55,857 bases of DNA from a virus: the IMG/VR virus record IMGVR_UViG_3300010357_001710; one strand, given 5' to 3'. Positions within the stretch are counted from its first letter, which is position 1. Every line of letters begins with the position of its first letter. This document shows, one piece after another, positions 17,348 to 26,773 of the stretch. Position numbers and translations under genes: made by a program. A model generated the notes under the pieces. That model was not told where the DNA came from, made no database searches, and was given only the letters and a program-made list of their open reading frames with translations.

Positions 17348-19894
17348 CAATAACATTGTACCAACATCGACTATTTCACTTTGTTTTTTATTCATAAGCA
17401 ATAAAAATTCTTCTTGATAAACTACGCCAATCCAAACATCTTCTGGAAACTCTTTTTTGCATCTAATTTTTGTGTCGCATAAATCTGAAAAAGATGCTTT
17501 AGCTCTTTTGCTAAATTTTATTTTTGAAACAGGTTTTCTTGTGTTTAAAGCACACCAATAAGTATAAGAATTATACATATCTGCTTTTGTTATTACATGT
17601 TCTGAGTTAGTTTTCTTTATATTGTTAAAGAAAAAATCAATCACAGAATCATTTTCTTTTTTATAATTTTCCTTGTATTCTGAATGATGTTTAGTAGAAA
17701 TAGTAAAGTCTTTATTTTTAAGAAGTCTAAAACCACCTTCAATAGCTCTATTTAAAAATGTGCTCATAGCTTCTTCAGTTGATATTTTTTCAAATAAGTT
17801 AACGTCACGAGTTTCTTCATTAAATTTTGTCAAGCATTGAACTATTTGAAGACGATTATAAAAAGCTTCGTCTCCACCGTTTGTTAAAATCGGGAGTTGA
17901 TTACATGAAAAAATTAAATGAGCGGTGTTTTTAAATTGGAAAGGTTTTAGAAATTTTCTATCTGCGGTTATTAAATCGTCACCAGTCAATGATTTAATCA
18001 TACCTGTGGCTCTTACATCTTCTTCATCCAGGTCTGCAGAAATATTAGCTAGCTTTCCAAAAAGATTAGAAGCTGAAAATCTATCCCCTGCTAATCTTTG
18101 TAAAGTATCACTAGATACGTTATCTTCTCCAAGAAATTTTATAAGTAATCTTAAAAATACAGATTTTCCGTTATCTCCGGAGCCGACTAAAACTAAAAAT
18201 CTTTTTAAATTCATTTTTCCAAGAAGAATGTACCCAACATTTTCCCACATAGTATACACTTGTTCTTTTGTTTTAAATACTTCTTCCATAAATTTATCTA
18301 GTCTTTCACACTTTGCGTCTTTATTAAAATTAGCATTTATTTGATACAAGAACTTTATATTAGTATTATGTGGCAATAATGAATTAGATTCGAAGTCAAA
18401 AATTCCATTTTTTAAATTTACTTTCATTGGAACTCTTTCAGCTTCTTTTGCATTAATACTTGTTTGGATTTTTATAAATTCCAAAGTCTCATCTGAGTAT
18501 TTTGAAGACCACTTATCATCTAAAATTTCTTGTATAGATTTTTCAATTTGCATATTTACATTTTCTGTATAATATCCATCTTTATATGTGTAAATTCTTT
18601 GATGAATGGTTATTATTTTATACTTATCGATAAGATATTCTGCTAATTTTACAGGAAGAAATGAAGCTACTCCATTTTTTCCAATCAAAAAAAACTGAGA
18701 ATATTTTTTAGATTTTACAACTTCTGCATTTACATGATAATTTAACTCTTTTTTCAAAAGAGCATTAGTCAAACCAAATTTTTTACCAAACCTATTATTT
18801 AGATTTTGTAATATTAAATCCCGTTCGAAAGAACTTTTTTTAGCTATAATAGCTAAAATCTTATCAAGAATATAAAATCTTTCTTGCTCAGTATTTGAAT
18901 TATCTAAGTTTCTGTAAAGAGTTTCTAAAGAAAATACTTTACTTTTAGCATTAATTAAAGTGTATTTTTTTAAATAAGCTTCTCCTCTATCTTTGAATTT
19001 TTGACTAACATCAAAATTATTTTCAAGAAATATTTTAAAGCATTCAAATACTTCTCTATCATTTAACCCAGCTTCATATAATTTACAAGCTATTGAAAAA
19101 TCATGAGAACTTCTATCGCCATCAAATCTTTCTGGAATTTGTTTTGCGTCATTTATAACATCAAGAGAGACTAATAATTTTATATCATCTAATGAAAAAA
19201 TTCTAGAAGGTAATAAAGAGAAGTCATCTAAAATAATTTCATCTATGCTTTCTATTTTAATTGAATTAACAGAAGAATGAATAAGTTCTAATGAATAAAA
19301 ATTTGAATTCACTGAATCTATTTTGCAAAATTTCATGTTGTCTGGATTCTTAATATTTCTAGTACCAGGTACTCTTAAGATTCTTGAAAGATTAAAAGTA
19401 GAATCTGCGTTAACTATTCTATGAACTCTTTTTGAAATCATAAGAGCTTTATCAAAGTTTTCATCTTTACTAACGTTAAATACAGAATCTAAAATCCAAT
19501 AAACATGATACCCATTTCCTGAATCAATTATCATAGTTGGAGTAAGTGGAAAGTTTGTTATTGATTTCTTAGCTTCTACTTTCTTTTCTTCTGCTGTTGT
19601 CCCTTTAAAATCTTTTGCATCTATGTCTGCCCAGAAAAGTGCAACTTCTTTTATATCTGTATCAGAAGAATCTGAACTTCCGTTTCTTGGTTGAATACCA
19701 CAAAAAATATTATATTTTCCCTCATACTTCTTTATGTACTTTAAATATTCTTCTTTCTCTTCTATCTTAAAAAAGTTTCTAAGAATATTTTTCTCGTTAT
19801 CTATTAGTCTAAATTCTATATATTTAGATTTGTCTACTTTTTCAAAAATCTTATCGAAAAATAAGATTGCGTCTTGCTCTTTGATAATAATCAC
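17345..19894 (-). CDS. Bifunctional primase-polymerase / D5-P4-type replicative helicase
   Basis: N-terminal prim-pol motifs 'LFWADIDAKD' and 'DSGNGYHVYW'. C-terminal P-loop 'LVGSGDNGKS' with D5_N-like context. Confidence 0.85.
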   Translation of the reverse strand: MIIIKEQDAILFFDKIFEKVDKSKYIEFRLIDNEKNILRNFFKIEEKEEYLKYIKKYEGKYNIFCGIQPRNGSSDSSDTDIKEVALFWADIDAKDFKGTTAEEKKVEAKKSITNFPLTPTMIIDSGNGYHVYWILDSVFNVSKDENFDKALMISKRVHRIVNADSTFNLSRILRVPGTRNIKNPDNMKFCKIDSVNSNFYSLELIHSSVNSIKIESIDEIILDDFSLLPSRIFSLDDIKLLVSLDVINDAKQIPERFDGDRSSHDFSIACKLYEAGLNDREVFECFKIFLENNFDVSQKFKDRGEAYLKKYTLINAKSKVFSLETLYRNLDNSNTEQERFYILDKILAIIAKKSSFERDLILQNLNNRFGKKFGLTNALLKKELNYHVNAEVVKSKKYSQFFLIGKNGVASFLPVKLAEYLIDKYKIITIHQRIYTYKDGYYTENVNMQIEKSIQEILDDKWSSKYSDETLEFIKIQTSINAKEAERVPMKVNLKNGIFDFESNSLLPHNTNIKFLYQINANFNKDAKCERLDKFMEEVFKTKEQVYTMWENVGYILLGKMNLKRFLVLVGSGDNGKSVFLRLLIKFLGEDNVSSDTLQRLAGDRFSASNLFGKLANISADLDEEDVRATGMIKSLTGDDLITADRKFLKPFQFKNTAHLIFSCNQLPILTNGGDEAFYNRLQIVQCLTKFNEETRDVNLFEKISTEEAMSTFLNRAIEGGFRLLKNKDFTISTKHHSEYKENYKKENDSVIDFFFNNIKKTNSEHVITKADMYNSYTYWCALNTRKPVSKIKFSKRAKASFSDLCDTKIRCKKEFPEDVWIGVVYQEEFLLLMNKKQSEIVDVGTMLL

Positions 19895-19905
19895 TCTCCT
19901 AGCTG

Positions 19906-20748
19906 TTAAATATTTTCTAATACAAAATTGACTAATTTATCTTGGCACAATTCTTTCTTGTTTTCTTCTATGTATTTTATAAAACCTTCGTGCAGTATTA
20001 AAGAAGTGTTGCTTTCTGGTAACTTAAATTCTTTTATGCTATCATCATTAGCCATAGTATCTAGCAATTTAAAATCAGATTCATAAACATGTAATGACCC
20101 AACATTGTGGTATAGTTCTCCAAGAATCAATTCTGGGTACCAATACTTTAAAACTTTGAAAGCTTCTTTTTGAACTAATATAAAAAATGGAATGTCATAA
20201 GTCATTCCTTTTATTAAGTCTTGAGACCGCATATTTGAAATAAGAATAAGTTTATTGTTTCTTATGAATAATTGTAAATACATTGTGCAAACAAAATCTT
20301 TGTTCTCAAAGAATTGATGAGAAGAATTATTGAAATGCATAATAGCTTGTCTTGAATTCTTGTCTTTTATTAAAGAATTAATAGCCCAAAAATATTGCGT
20401 ATTTCCAAAAATATTTTCTTCTTTAAATATTAAAGCTCCATAATAACTATGAATAGGTTGCAATTTTAGCCAAAATTTTGAATATTTAGAAATAAACTCT
20501 AAAGAAGTAGAACCACCAAAATACCAGCACGTTTCTGCACAAAGATATTTTAAAATGTTTGGTCTGCTATTCATAGAAAAAAATTCTTCTGTAGTACGTC
20601 TTATACACAAATTTGCATTTATAGTTTCAATTACTTTGAAATCTCTTATTTTTACTTCGTTAAATTCCAACTCTTGAAAATAATTATGATTATTGAAACA
20701 CAGCAATAAGTTTGAGTAAAGAGAAGCAAAAGTATTACTTTCAATCAT
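19906..20748 (-). CDS. ThyA-fold pyrimidine C5 hydroxymethylase/methylase, most like T4 gp42 dCMP hydroxymethylase
   Basis: 'DFVCTMYLQLFIRNNKLILISNMRSQDLIKGMTYDIPFF' has the catalytic Cys and RS.D. It carries Asp in 'TYD' where ThyA has Asn in 'PFNIASY'. 'NVGSLHVYESDF' resembles gp42 'NVGSLHVYSRHF' (recalled from memory). Confidence 0.7.
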   Translation of the reverse strand: MIESNTFASLYSNLLLCFNNHNYFQELEFNEVKIRDFKVIETINANLCIRRTTEEFFSMNSRPNILKYLCAETCWYFGGSTSLEFISKYSKFWLKLQPIHSYYGALIFKEENIFGNTQYFWAINSLIKDKNSRQAIMHFNNSSHQFFENKDFVCTMYLQLFIRNNKLILISNMRSQDLIKGMTYDIPFFILVQKEAFKVLKYWYPELILGELYHNVGSLHVYESDFKLLDTMANDDSIKEFKLPESNTSLILHEGFIKYIEENKKELCQDKLVNFVLENI

Positions 20749-20755
20749 ACTTATT

Positions 20756-21355
20756 CTATCCTATTAATCCAGAATATTGTGATTTCATTATGTAAATTTC
20801 TATTAGAGATACAACTTCTTCTTTACTTGTTTTATTCAAATCAAAAAGCATAATTTTTTTAGACAAGCTTTTAGTTAAATTGATAATTGAAAACTCTTCA
20901 TGTTCTTGTATCATTTCTAAATTGTAATCTCTTATCAATTCTTGTTCTTCTGTTGGCTTAATACTTTTAAACAAACAAGTTAAATCATACAATTTATCAT
21001 AAGCATTCAAAGTGTCTATAAATTTATGTAATAAATTAAAGTAGTCTTTTTTCAAAGAATCAGAAAGTTGCGTATGATTTATATAATTTGTGAAATAAAA
21101 AAAGCAATCTACTAAAGTTCTATCACTTAAGTAAACTGTGTGCTTTTTTGATTCAAAAATTTTACTCAATCTGTCTTTAAATATTTTTTCTTGAACTTCT
21201 AAATTCATTGATGGGTTTTTTCTAAGTTCATTTATATCTTTAATCATTTTTCGTATCGGCTCTTCAATAAGAACAAAATCTTTATTTTTTTCTATAAGAG
21301 CTCTCATAATAGTAGATTTTCCACTATGTGATGCACCAGAGAATCCTATAATCAT
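20756..21355 (-). CDS. P-loop (deoxy)nucleoside-monophosphate kinase (putative)
   Basis: 'IIGFSGASHSGKST' P-loop at the extreme N-terminus and 'LSDRTLVD'. Sandwiched between the hydroxymethylase and the dCMP deaminase. Confidence 0.5.
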   Translation of the reverse strand: MIIGFSGASHSGKSTIMRALIEKNKDFVLIEEPIRKMIKDINELRKNPSMNLEVQEKIFKDRLSKIFESKKHTVYLSDRTLVDCFFYFTNYINHTQLSDSLKKDYFNLLHKFIDTLNAYDKLYDLTCLFKSIKPTEEQELIRDYNLEMIQEHEEFSIINLTKSLSKKIMLFDLNKTSKEEVVSLIEIYIMKSQYSGLIG

Positions 21356-21786
21356 ACTCCCTCCTGTTTGTATACTAGTATTCCACTATTTCTAAACATT
21401 TTTGTTGTTTCATTTCCATGATAGTCTTGTAAAAAATGAACTTCAGAAATTTCTAGATTTATTAATAGTCTTGCGCATTCTATACATGGAAGTGTAGTAC
21501 AATACAAAAAAGAACCTTTCAATGAAATCCCATGTTTTGCAGCTTGAACAATAGCGTTTTGCTCCGCGTGTACCGCATGACATAAATGTAAATCTTTTCC
21601 AGATTCTTCTCTAACGCAATTTTCACAATGCTTAAAGCCAATAGGAACTCCGTTATAACCAGTTGCCACTATGTTGTCATCTTTTACAAAAACTGCTCCT
21701 ACATTTCTTCTTAAGCAAGTAGAACGCTGAGCAACAGTCATAGCTATTTTCATAAAATATTGTTCTTTACTCATTCGAAAACGCAT
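21352..21786 (-). CDS. dCMP deaminase (zinc-dependent cytidine/deoxycytidylate deaminase family)
   Basis: 'HAEQNAI' and 'PCIECARLL' zinc-binding motifs. 144 aa. Confidence 0.9.
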   Translation of the reverse strand: MRFRMSKEQYFMKIAMTVAQRSTCLRRNVGAVFVKDDNIVATGYNGVPIGFKHCENCVREESGKDLHLCHAVHAEQNAIVQAAKHGISLKGSFLYCTTLPCIECARLLINLEISEVHFLQDYHGNETTKMFRNSGILVYKQEGV

Positions 21787-22183
21787 AATTTTTCTCCATG
21801 TATTCTTTAAATTCTACTAGAGAATTTATTTTTACTACTGGTAAATTTTCTCTTAAAGAAAGATTGTCAATAAGCGTAAATTCTTTTTTGTTTGTTTTAG
21901 CTCTAACATCGTTTAAAATAAAAATTTTAGAATAATGATGTGCTAAATTAAATCCCAACAAAGTTGGAATATATACTACATCATTAATGCTTCTAAAAAA
22001 TTCATCGTTGCCAACATGAACTATTTTAAAATAATTTTTTAAAATATTTGCAACTCTTACCGGAAAAGAATTCTCTAATTTGCTTAAAGAAATAGTACTT
22101 TTAGAATCTAATACAAGAGCATAGCCTTCACATTTTTCTGCGTTTGAAAGATTTTTTTCTATATCTTTTGTTATGCTTTCCAT
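21767..22183 (-). CDS. Hypothetical protein
   Basis: 138-aa ORF with AAGGAGGA RBS, preceded by a GCAATAATA motif. No motif recognised. Confidence 0.5.
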   Translation of the reverse strand: MESITKDIEKNLSNAEKCEGYALVLDSKSTISLSKLENSFPVRVANILKNYFKIVHVGNDEFFRSINDVVYIPTLLGFNLAHHYSKIFILNDVRAKTNKKEFTLIDNLSLRENLPVVKINSLVEFKEYMEKNYAFSNE

Positions 22184-22235
22184 ATAAATCCTCCTTTATT
22201 TATATTATTGCTAAAAGCTATGCTTTTTGTATTAT

Positions 22236-22676
22236 TTAATTTGTACTACCAAAACCACCAGAACCACGTTGACTTTCTTTATCAAATAACTCAGATTCAT
22301 GTGTTTGTAATAACTCAACTGAATTAAAATCTAATAGTATGAATTGAGCTATTTTATCACCAGCTCTTATTTCAGCAACTTTATTACTATAGTTTATAAG
22401 ATGAAGATGTATTTCTCCTTGATAGTCTGAATCAATTACACAAGCGCCTATAATAAGTTTTTTCTTTGTGGAAACCCCACTCTTATTGAATGAAATTAAA
22501 ACTTTTCCTTCTGGAAGATTCATTTTTATCCCAGAGGGAATAAGAATGTCTTCACCAGACATTAAAGCTACATCAATAAAATCATTTGGCACAAAGAAAT
22601 CAATACCTGCTGAACCAGTTGTTGAAACAAGTGGACTCTTAACATCTCTAACTTTTGCAAAATTAATTTTTTCCAT
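22236..22676 (-). CDS. dut: dUTP diphosphatase (trimeric dUTPase family)
   Basis: 'GSAGIDF', 'GACVIDSDYQGEI', 'RGSGGFGSTN'. ATG 22676 has an AAGGAG RBS. The track start at 22697 is a GTG within that RBS. Confidence 0.9.
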   Translation of the reverse strand: MEKINFAKVRDVKSPLVSTTGSAGIDFFVPNDFIDVALMSGEDILIPSGIKMNLPEGKVLISFNKSGVSTKKKLIIGACVIDSDYQGEIHLHLINYSNKVAEIRAGDKIAQFILLDFNSVELLQTHESELFDKESQRGSGGFGSTN

Positions 22677-22911
22677 CAATAATCTTCTCCTTTTCACTTC
22701 TTATTTTTTCTTTTATAGCTTCTAGCATATTTAAATCTTCATAAATAGTGTATAAATTTTTTGCATACCCTATTGACAAAAATAAACACAATATTCTTAC
22801 TATTAAGTCAGTGTGTTCTAAAAACAATATTGAAGTAATAATAAAAAATACAAAACTAAATAATAATTTTATTCTAAGCTGTTTTTTCAAGTAAGAATAC
22901 GTTTCTTTCAT
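22663..22911 (-). CDS. Small membrane protein
   Basis: 82 aa with hydrophobic segments (LLFSFVFFIITSILFL, ILCLFLSIGY). Confidence 0.45.
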   Translation of the reverse strand: MKETYSYLKKQLRIKLLFSFVFFIITSILFLEHTDLIVRILCLFLSIGYAKNLYTIYEDLNMLEAIKEKIRSEKEKIIDGKN

Positions 22912-23294
22912 TATATTTTTTCTTTCATTAATTTTGCAAGACCCTCATTTTCAAGCTTTCCTTCTTCTTGTAAAATTCTTTTTTCTAAATACCATTTAGC
23001 TTTTTTCAAATCTTCAATAGTATTTTGCTTTTTACCCGCTCTTGCAAGATATTTCACAACAGTAAATAGTATAGGGTCATTTTTAAACCAATCAATAAGA
23101 ACATAAAAAACCTCATAAAGTCTATCTGTATAATGTTGTGGATTATTGACGTTGTCAAAATTTTTATCTTTTCCTTGAATATTTAAACCTGTTTCTTTAA
23201 TAAGTTCTTTTGCTTCAACAGAAAAGGGTTTTTCTAGTAATGGATTTGGAACAATTATTTTATTATCAGAATTATACTGTCCTTTCAAATTCAT
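22911..23294 (-). CDS. DUF3310-family protein
   Basis: 'NNPQHYTD..YEV..VLIDW...FTVVKYLARAGKK..IEDLKKAKWYLEKRI' matches the DUF3310 signature. Confidence 0.55.
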   Translation of the reverse strand: MNLKGQYNSDNKIIVPNPLLEKPFSVEAKELIKETGLNIQGKDKNFDNVNNPQHYTDRLYEVFYVLIDWFKNDPILFTVVKYLARAGKKQNTIEDLKKAKWYLEKRILQEEGKLENEGLAKLMKEKI

Positions 23295-23322
23295 AGTTAT
23301 CTCCTCTTTATTTTATTATTGC

Positions 23323-23346
23323 AAAAATAAGCAGGAAGTGTCCTGC
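23323..23346 (-). terminator. Rho-independent terminator after the GroES-like gene
   Basis: Minus strand: GCAGGA-cact-TCCTGC followed by TTATTTTT. A GCAATAATA promoter motif comes immediately after. Confidence 0.6.
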
Positions 23347-23643
23347 TTAATTTTGTTCTTGAATTACTCCAATAATATCTTCATAACGAACAATTAAATA
23401 TTCAGCGTCTTCAAAAGAATTAATCTTAATTCCTGTACCTGAAAACTTAGAAATAATTATTTCCATTTCAGGTTGAAGATTAAGTTTTGAAATTTCTTCT
23501 CCAGAACCAATTCTTTCTACAATGCCAATTTGAGTTTTTTCTCTAGAAACATCTGGAATAAACAAACCACTTTTAGTTTTTTCTTCCTCAATTTTCAATT
23601 TAACTAAGACACGGTCTTCTACAGGGATTACGATTTTTGTCAT
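23347..23643 (-). CDS. Co-chaperonin GroES/Cpn10 homologue
   Basis: 98 aa. 'IPVEDRVLVKLKIEEEKTKSGLFIPDVSREKTQIGIVERIGSG' matches the GroES pattern, including the mobile-loop region. Confidence 0.7.
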   Translation of the reverse strand: MTKIVIPVEDRVLVKLKIEEEKTKSGLFIPDVSREKTQIGIVERIGSGEEISKLNLQPEMEIIISKFSGTGIKINSFEDAEYLIVRYEDIIGVIQEQN

Positions 23644-23900
23644 ATCTGACTCCTTTCTAGTTGTTCATTAATTTCTTTCACAATTTCTAAAATTATTTCT
23701 ACGTCTTCTCGTAATTCTCTTAAAGAATTTTTTTGAATAGTTACACAATTAATATAATATGTATGTTCAGAGTCATCTATAGATTTAGACTTTAATTCTA
23801 TAGACTCTTCTTTTTCAATTTTATCAATGTATTTTTCTCTCAAGTCATTCCAAGAATTGAAATGTGGCGGTAATATATCAAAAAAATCTATTTTCTTCAA
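23640..23900 (-). CDS. Hypothetical protein
   Basis: 86-aa ORF with overlapping stop/start on both sides. Confidence 0.45.
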   Translation of the reverse strand: MKKIDFFDILPPHFNSWNDLREKYIDKIEKEESIELKSKSIDDSEHTYYINCVTIQKNSLRELREDVEIILEIVKEINEQLERSQI

Positions 23901-24607
23901 GAGTACTTCTCCTTAAGCAACTTAGCTGCAGTAAATTTACAATCTTCATCGTCTATATTTTTTGCCATCCACACAATATAGTTTGGATCTTCTTCAAAAA
24001 CTTCTTGAAATGATTTACCTCTATATTTTCCAAGGGGTAAATTTTCCAATTCACAAGGGCTATTGCAAACACTAATCATTTTTTCTGGAGTATAAGACTT
24101 CAAAAATTCTTTAAAAATATCTACAAGTAGAGAAGTATCACTTAATGCGTCATGAAAAATAGTTTCTTCATATTTTTCACTGAAGCCCATTCTATGCTTT
24201 AAATATTGAAGTGAGCAAGGTCTTTTAAAATGAAATTTAGCAACTTTTAATGTATCAATAATTTTATAATTCAACTTAAGATATTTTTCAATCATTCCTA
24301 CATCAAATTGAGCATTATGAGCTACTATGAAATTATGAGAAAAATTATGAAAAAGTAGAGTTTGATAAGAAGATGAAGAAGTAATATGCGGAGCATTTTT
24401 GATATGTTTTTCTAAGATATTATGTGTAGCCATAGCATCAAAAGAAATAGGAATATCACTATTTTTACAAAAAGACTTTGTTCTAATTTCTTCTTCCTCT
24501 AAGCAATTATTATCTTCATTATACTCATACGCAATAACCGCAATCTGAATTATATCATCTTTTTCTTTATCTAATCCAGTTGTTTCTGTGTCTACAAAAA
24601 TAATCAT
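23897..24607 (-). CDS. DnaQ/ExoX-like DEDDh 3'-5' exonuclease
   Basis: 'IFVDTETTGLD', 'AHNAQFDVGM', 'HDALSD', and a C-terminal 'LPLGKYRGKSFQEV..DPNYIVWM' domain. ATG 24607 has a GAAGGGGA RBS. The track start is a TTG at 24640. Confidence 0.85.
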   Translation of the reverse strand: MIIFVDTETTGLDKEKDDIIQIAVIAYEYNEDNNCLEEEEIRTKSFCKNSDIPISFDAMATHNILEKHIKNAPHITSSSSYQTLLFHNFSHNFIVAHNAQFDVGMIEKYLKLNYKIIDTLKVAKFHFKRPCSLQYLKHRMGFSEKYEETIFHDALSDTSLLVDIFKEFLKSYTPEKMISVCNSPCELENLPLGKYRGKSFQEVFEEDPNYIVWMAKNIDDEDCKFTAAKLLKEKYS

Positions 24608-24609
24608 TA

Positions 24610-24843
24610 TTATTCCCCTTCTTTTTTCTTGTAAAAACAAGCTTTTATTTTTTCTTCTGCTTCTTTGATGATATCTAATACGTTTGTAAATTTTTCTACA
24701 AATATATTTTCTTCTTCATCTGGAACTTCTGAAAAAGAGTTAAAAAATTCAGAAATAGACTCGTTAAGCTTTTTTTGGCGTAAGGAAAACTTTGTCAATA
24801 TTATTATTTGTTCTTCAGTTAGCTCATTATTTTTTAGTTTCAT
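24610..24843 (-). CDS. Hypothetical acidic protein
   Basis: 77-aa ORF in an operon context. Confidence 0.4.
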   Translation of the reverse strand: MKLKNNELTEEQIIILTKFSLRQKKLNESISEFFNSFSEVPDEEENIFVEKFTNVLDIIKEAEEKIKACFYKKKEGE

Positions 24844-24844
24844 T

Positions 24845-25999
24845 TTATTCTCCTTTCTTTAAAGTGTCATTAATATTATTGTAAAGTAGATAACTTTCGT
24901 CAAGTAATTCTATCTTGTTATTAAGAAAATCTAAAACAAAATTAGTATAATCTGCAGCTGTATTTACAGGAACATTTTGAAAAACATGATGAAAATCTTC
25001 ACTTTGAAGTTTAAAATCATTTGGCAAAGACATTAATATCATAGTATCTCTAACACTTAAATATCTTTCTTCAATAGGATGAATTATTCTACAATTCTTT
25101 CCGATAATTGCATTTGTGTAATCTGATACTATGATTGGAGAAGGATTCCAATAACCAAGTCCATCATCTAATTTAGAAAGTATTCTTTTGAATCTTCTTA
25201 ACTCGTTATCATTTAAGTATTTTTTCAAAGTAGAAAGATTTTTTTTCTTTACACAGTAAGCAAGAATTGAATTTGTATTTTTGCCTTCAAGAATTATTTC
25301 TCTATAATTTTTTCCAAGTTCTTTTAGTGCATATAAGTAATAGCCATTTTCTTTTAGTGTATCTTTAACAATAAAATCATCAAAGTGCTTTAATGACGAG
25401 TAATTTTTTACACTTAGAAATTCATCAAGCTTAGTATAGTGTTTTTTTATTTGTTTTGGTTTTGGAATTTTATTACCCTCAAAAAAGAAATAAAAAGTTC
25501 TTACTCTATTTTGAGGTACTCCATGATTTAAAGTGCTAGTTTTAATTACAAGAAAAGTATACCCATTAGCTTTTCCAATTCTTTGTAATTTTTCTCTAAC
25601 AGCTTTTCCAGCGTCTGTAAATAAGTTAGGTGCGTTTTCTCCAAACATTACTCTTGGTTTTATAGTAGAAAGAACATAAGAAGCAGTTTTATACATCCAT
25701 TGATTTTGAATTGCTTCTTCCCCTCTACTTTTTTCTCCATTATCTTTAGAAGAGTTTAACATACTTAAACCTGCACAAGGACATACAGAAGATACAAAGT
25801 CAATTTTTTCTTTGAAAGAATATTTCTTTTCATCTAGTAAATAATAAGGAACGTTCTTAAGGTATTTAACTAAATGATTGTCATTATTGGAAAAAATAGA
25901 ATATGATAATAAACACTTTGGTTTTACTTTTGTAGCTTTTATATTTCCAAGAGTCATTCCACCTATCAATGGAATTATAGTTATATAGTTATACCCCAT
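24845..25999 (-). CDS. DNA (cytosine-5)-methyltransferase
   Basis: Motif IV 'CPCAGLS', VI 'ENAPNL', VIII 'QNRVRTFYF', X-like 'QNVPVN'. Motif I is degenerate ('PLIGGMTLG'). Confidence 0.75.
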   Translation of the reverse strand: MGYNYITIIPLIGGMTLGNIKATKVKPKCLLSYSIFSNNDNHLVKYLKNVPYYLLDEKKYSFKEKIDFVSSVCPCAGLSMLNSSKDNGEKSRGEEAIQNQWMYKTASYVLSTIKPRVMFGENAPNLFTDAGKAVREKLQRIGKANGYTFLVIKTSTLNHGVPQNRVRTFYFFFEGNKIPKPKQIKKHYTKLDEFLSVKNYSSLKHFDDFIVKDTLKENGYYLYALKELGKNYREIILEGKNTNSILAYCVKKKNLSTLKKYLNDNELRRFKRILSKLDDGLGYWNPSPIIVSDYTNAIIGKNCRIIHPIEERYLSVRDTMILMSLPNDFKLQSEDFHHVFQNVPVNTAADYTNFVLDFLNNKIELLDESYLLYNNINDTLKKGE

Positions 26000-26001
26000 T
26001 C

Positions 26002-26574
26002 TTATTTACCCCCATTTAAAAATTTTTCTTCTAACTCTAAAATTAAATCTCGTGCTTTTATAGACTCTACTGTTTCTTTTTCTAACTTATTTATTCTATC
26101 TCTTGATTTAGTAAAAAGCATGTCTAAAGTTTTCTTAATAACTTCTTCTTTTGTCTTATACATTTCATACTCATTATGCACTGAACGAGAAAGAGAATTT
26201 TTTTCTACAGAGAAATACTGCGGAAATTTATCAAAACCACTAAATCTTATTTCTGACACTACTAATTCATCTACTATCATATTTTCTTCAAAGCTTTCTT
26301 TTTCTAAAAATTTCAAAAAGTCTTCAAAACAATATATTGTAGGCTGATAAAAAGTTTCTCCTACACTAAATTTTGGTTCAGCTAATTTTTCATATTTTGA
26401 CTTTAGCTTTTCAGACTTTATTCTAATATTAATAGTGTCTAAAAATAACTGAATACATCCCCCCATAGCACAATAATTTTTATAAGTATCATTAAATGCA
26501 AAACAATCAACTTTTACACATTTAAGTTCTGAAGAAAATAATTTTTCTCTAAGTTCTTCTAAATGTCTATCCAT
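26002..26574 (-). CDS. Hypothetical protein
   Basis: 190-aa ORF. No motif recognised. Confidence 0.45.
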   Translation of the reverse strand: MDRHLEELREKLFSSELKCVKVDCFAFNDTYKNYCAMGGCIQLFLDTINIRIKSEKLKSKYEKLAEPKFSVGETFYQPTIYCFEDFLKFLEKESFEENMIVDELVVSEIRFSGFDKFPQYFSVEKNSLSRSVHNEYEMYKTKEEVIKKTLDMLFTKSRDRINKLEKETVESIKARDLILELEEKFLNGGK

Positions 26575-26766
26575 TCACTTTTCTCCTATCTGCTTTAGAG
26601 TTCTTCCAACTAGTGTTTTAAAAACAAAGTCAATTCCCTCATTAAAAGATGTTCTTTCATGATGATTGTATTCTTCTAAAATTTTAGAAAGTTTACTAGA
26701 AATCTCATCATTTTCATTTTCAATAATTGGCAAAATAAAATTTTCAAATATTAATTCTTCGTTCAT
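26575..26766 (-). CDS. Hypothetical small acidic protein
   Basis: 63-aa ORF abutting its neighbours. Confidence 0.35.
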   Translation of the reverse strand: MNEELIFENFILPIIENENDEISSKLSKILEEYNHHERTSFNEGIDFVFKTLVGRTLKQIGEK

Positions 26767-26773
26767 ATTTATT

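Noticed and set aside
22236-22676. dUTPase acting as the missing gp56-type dCTPase
   Set aside because: All five trimeric dUTPase motifs are canonical, and nothing in the sequence indicates dCTP specificity. This cannot be supported without an assay.
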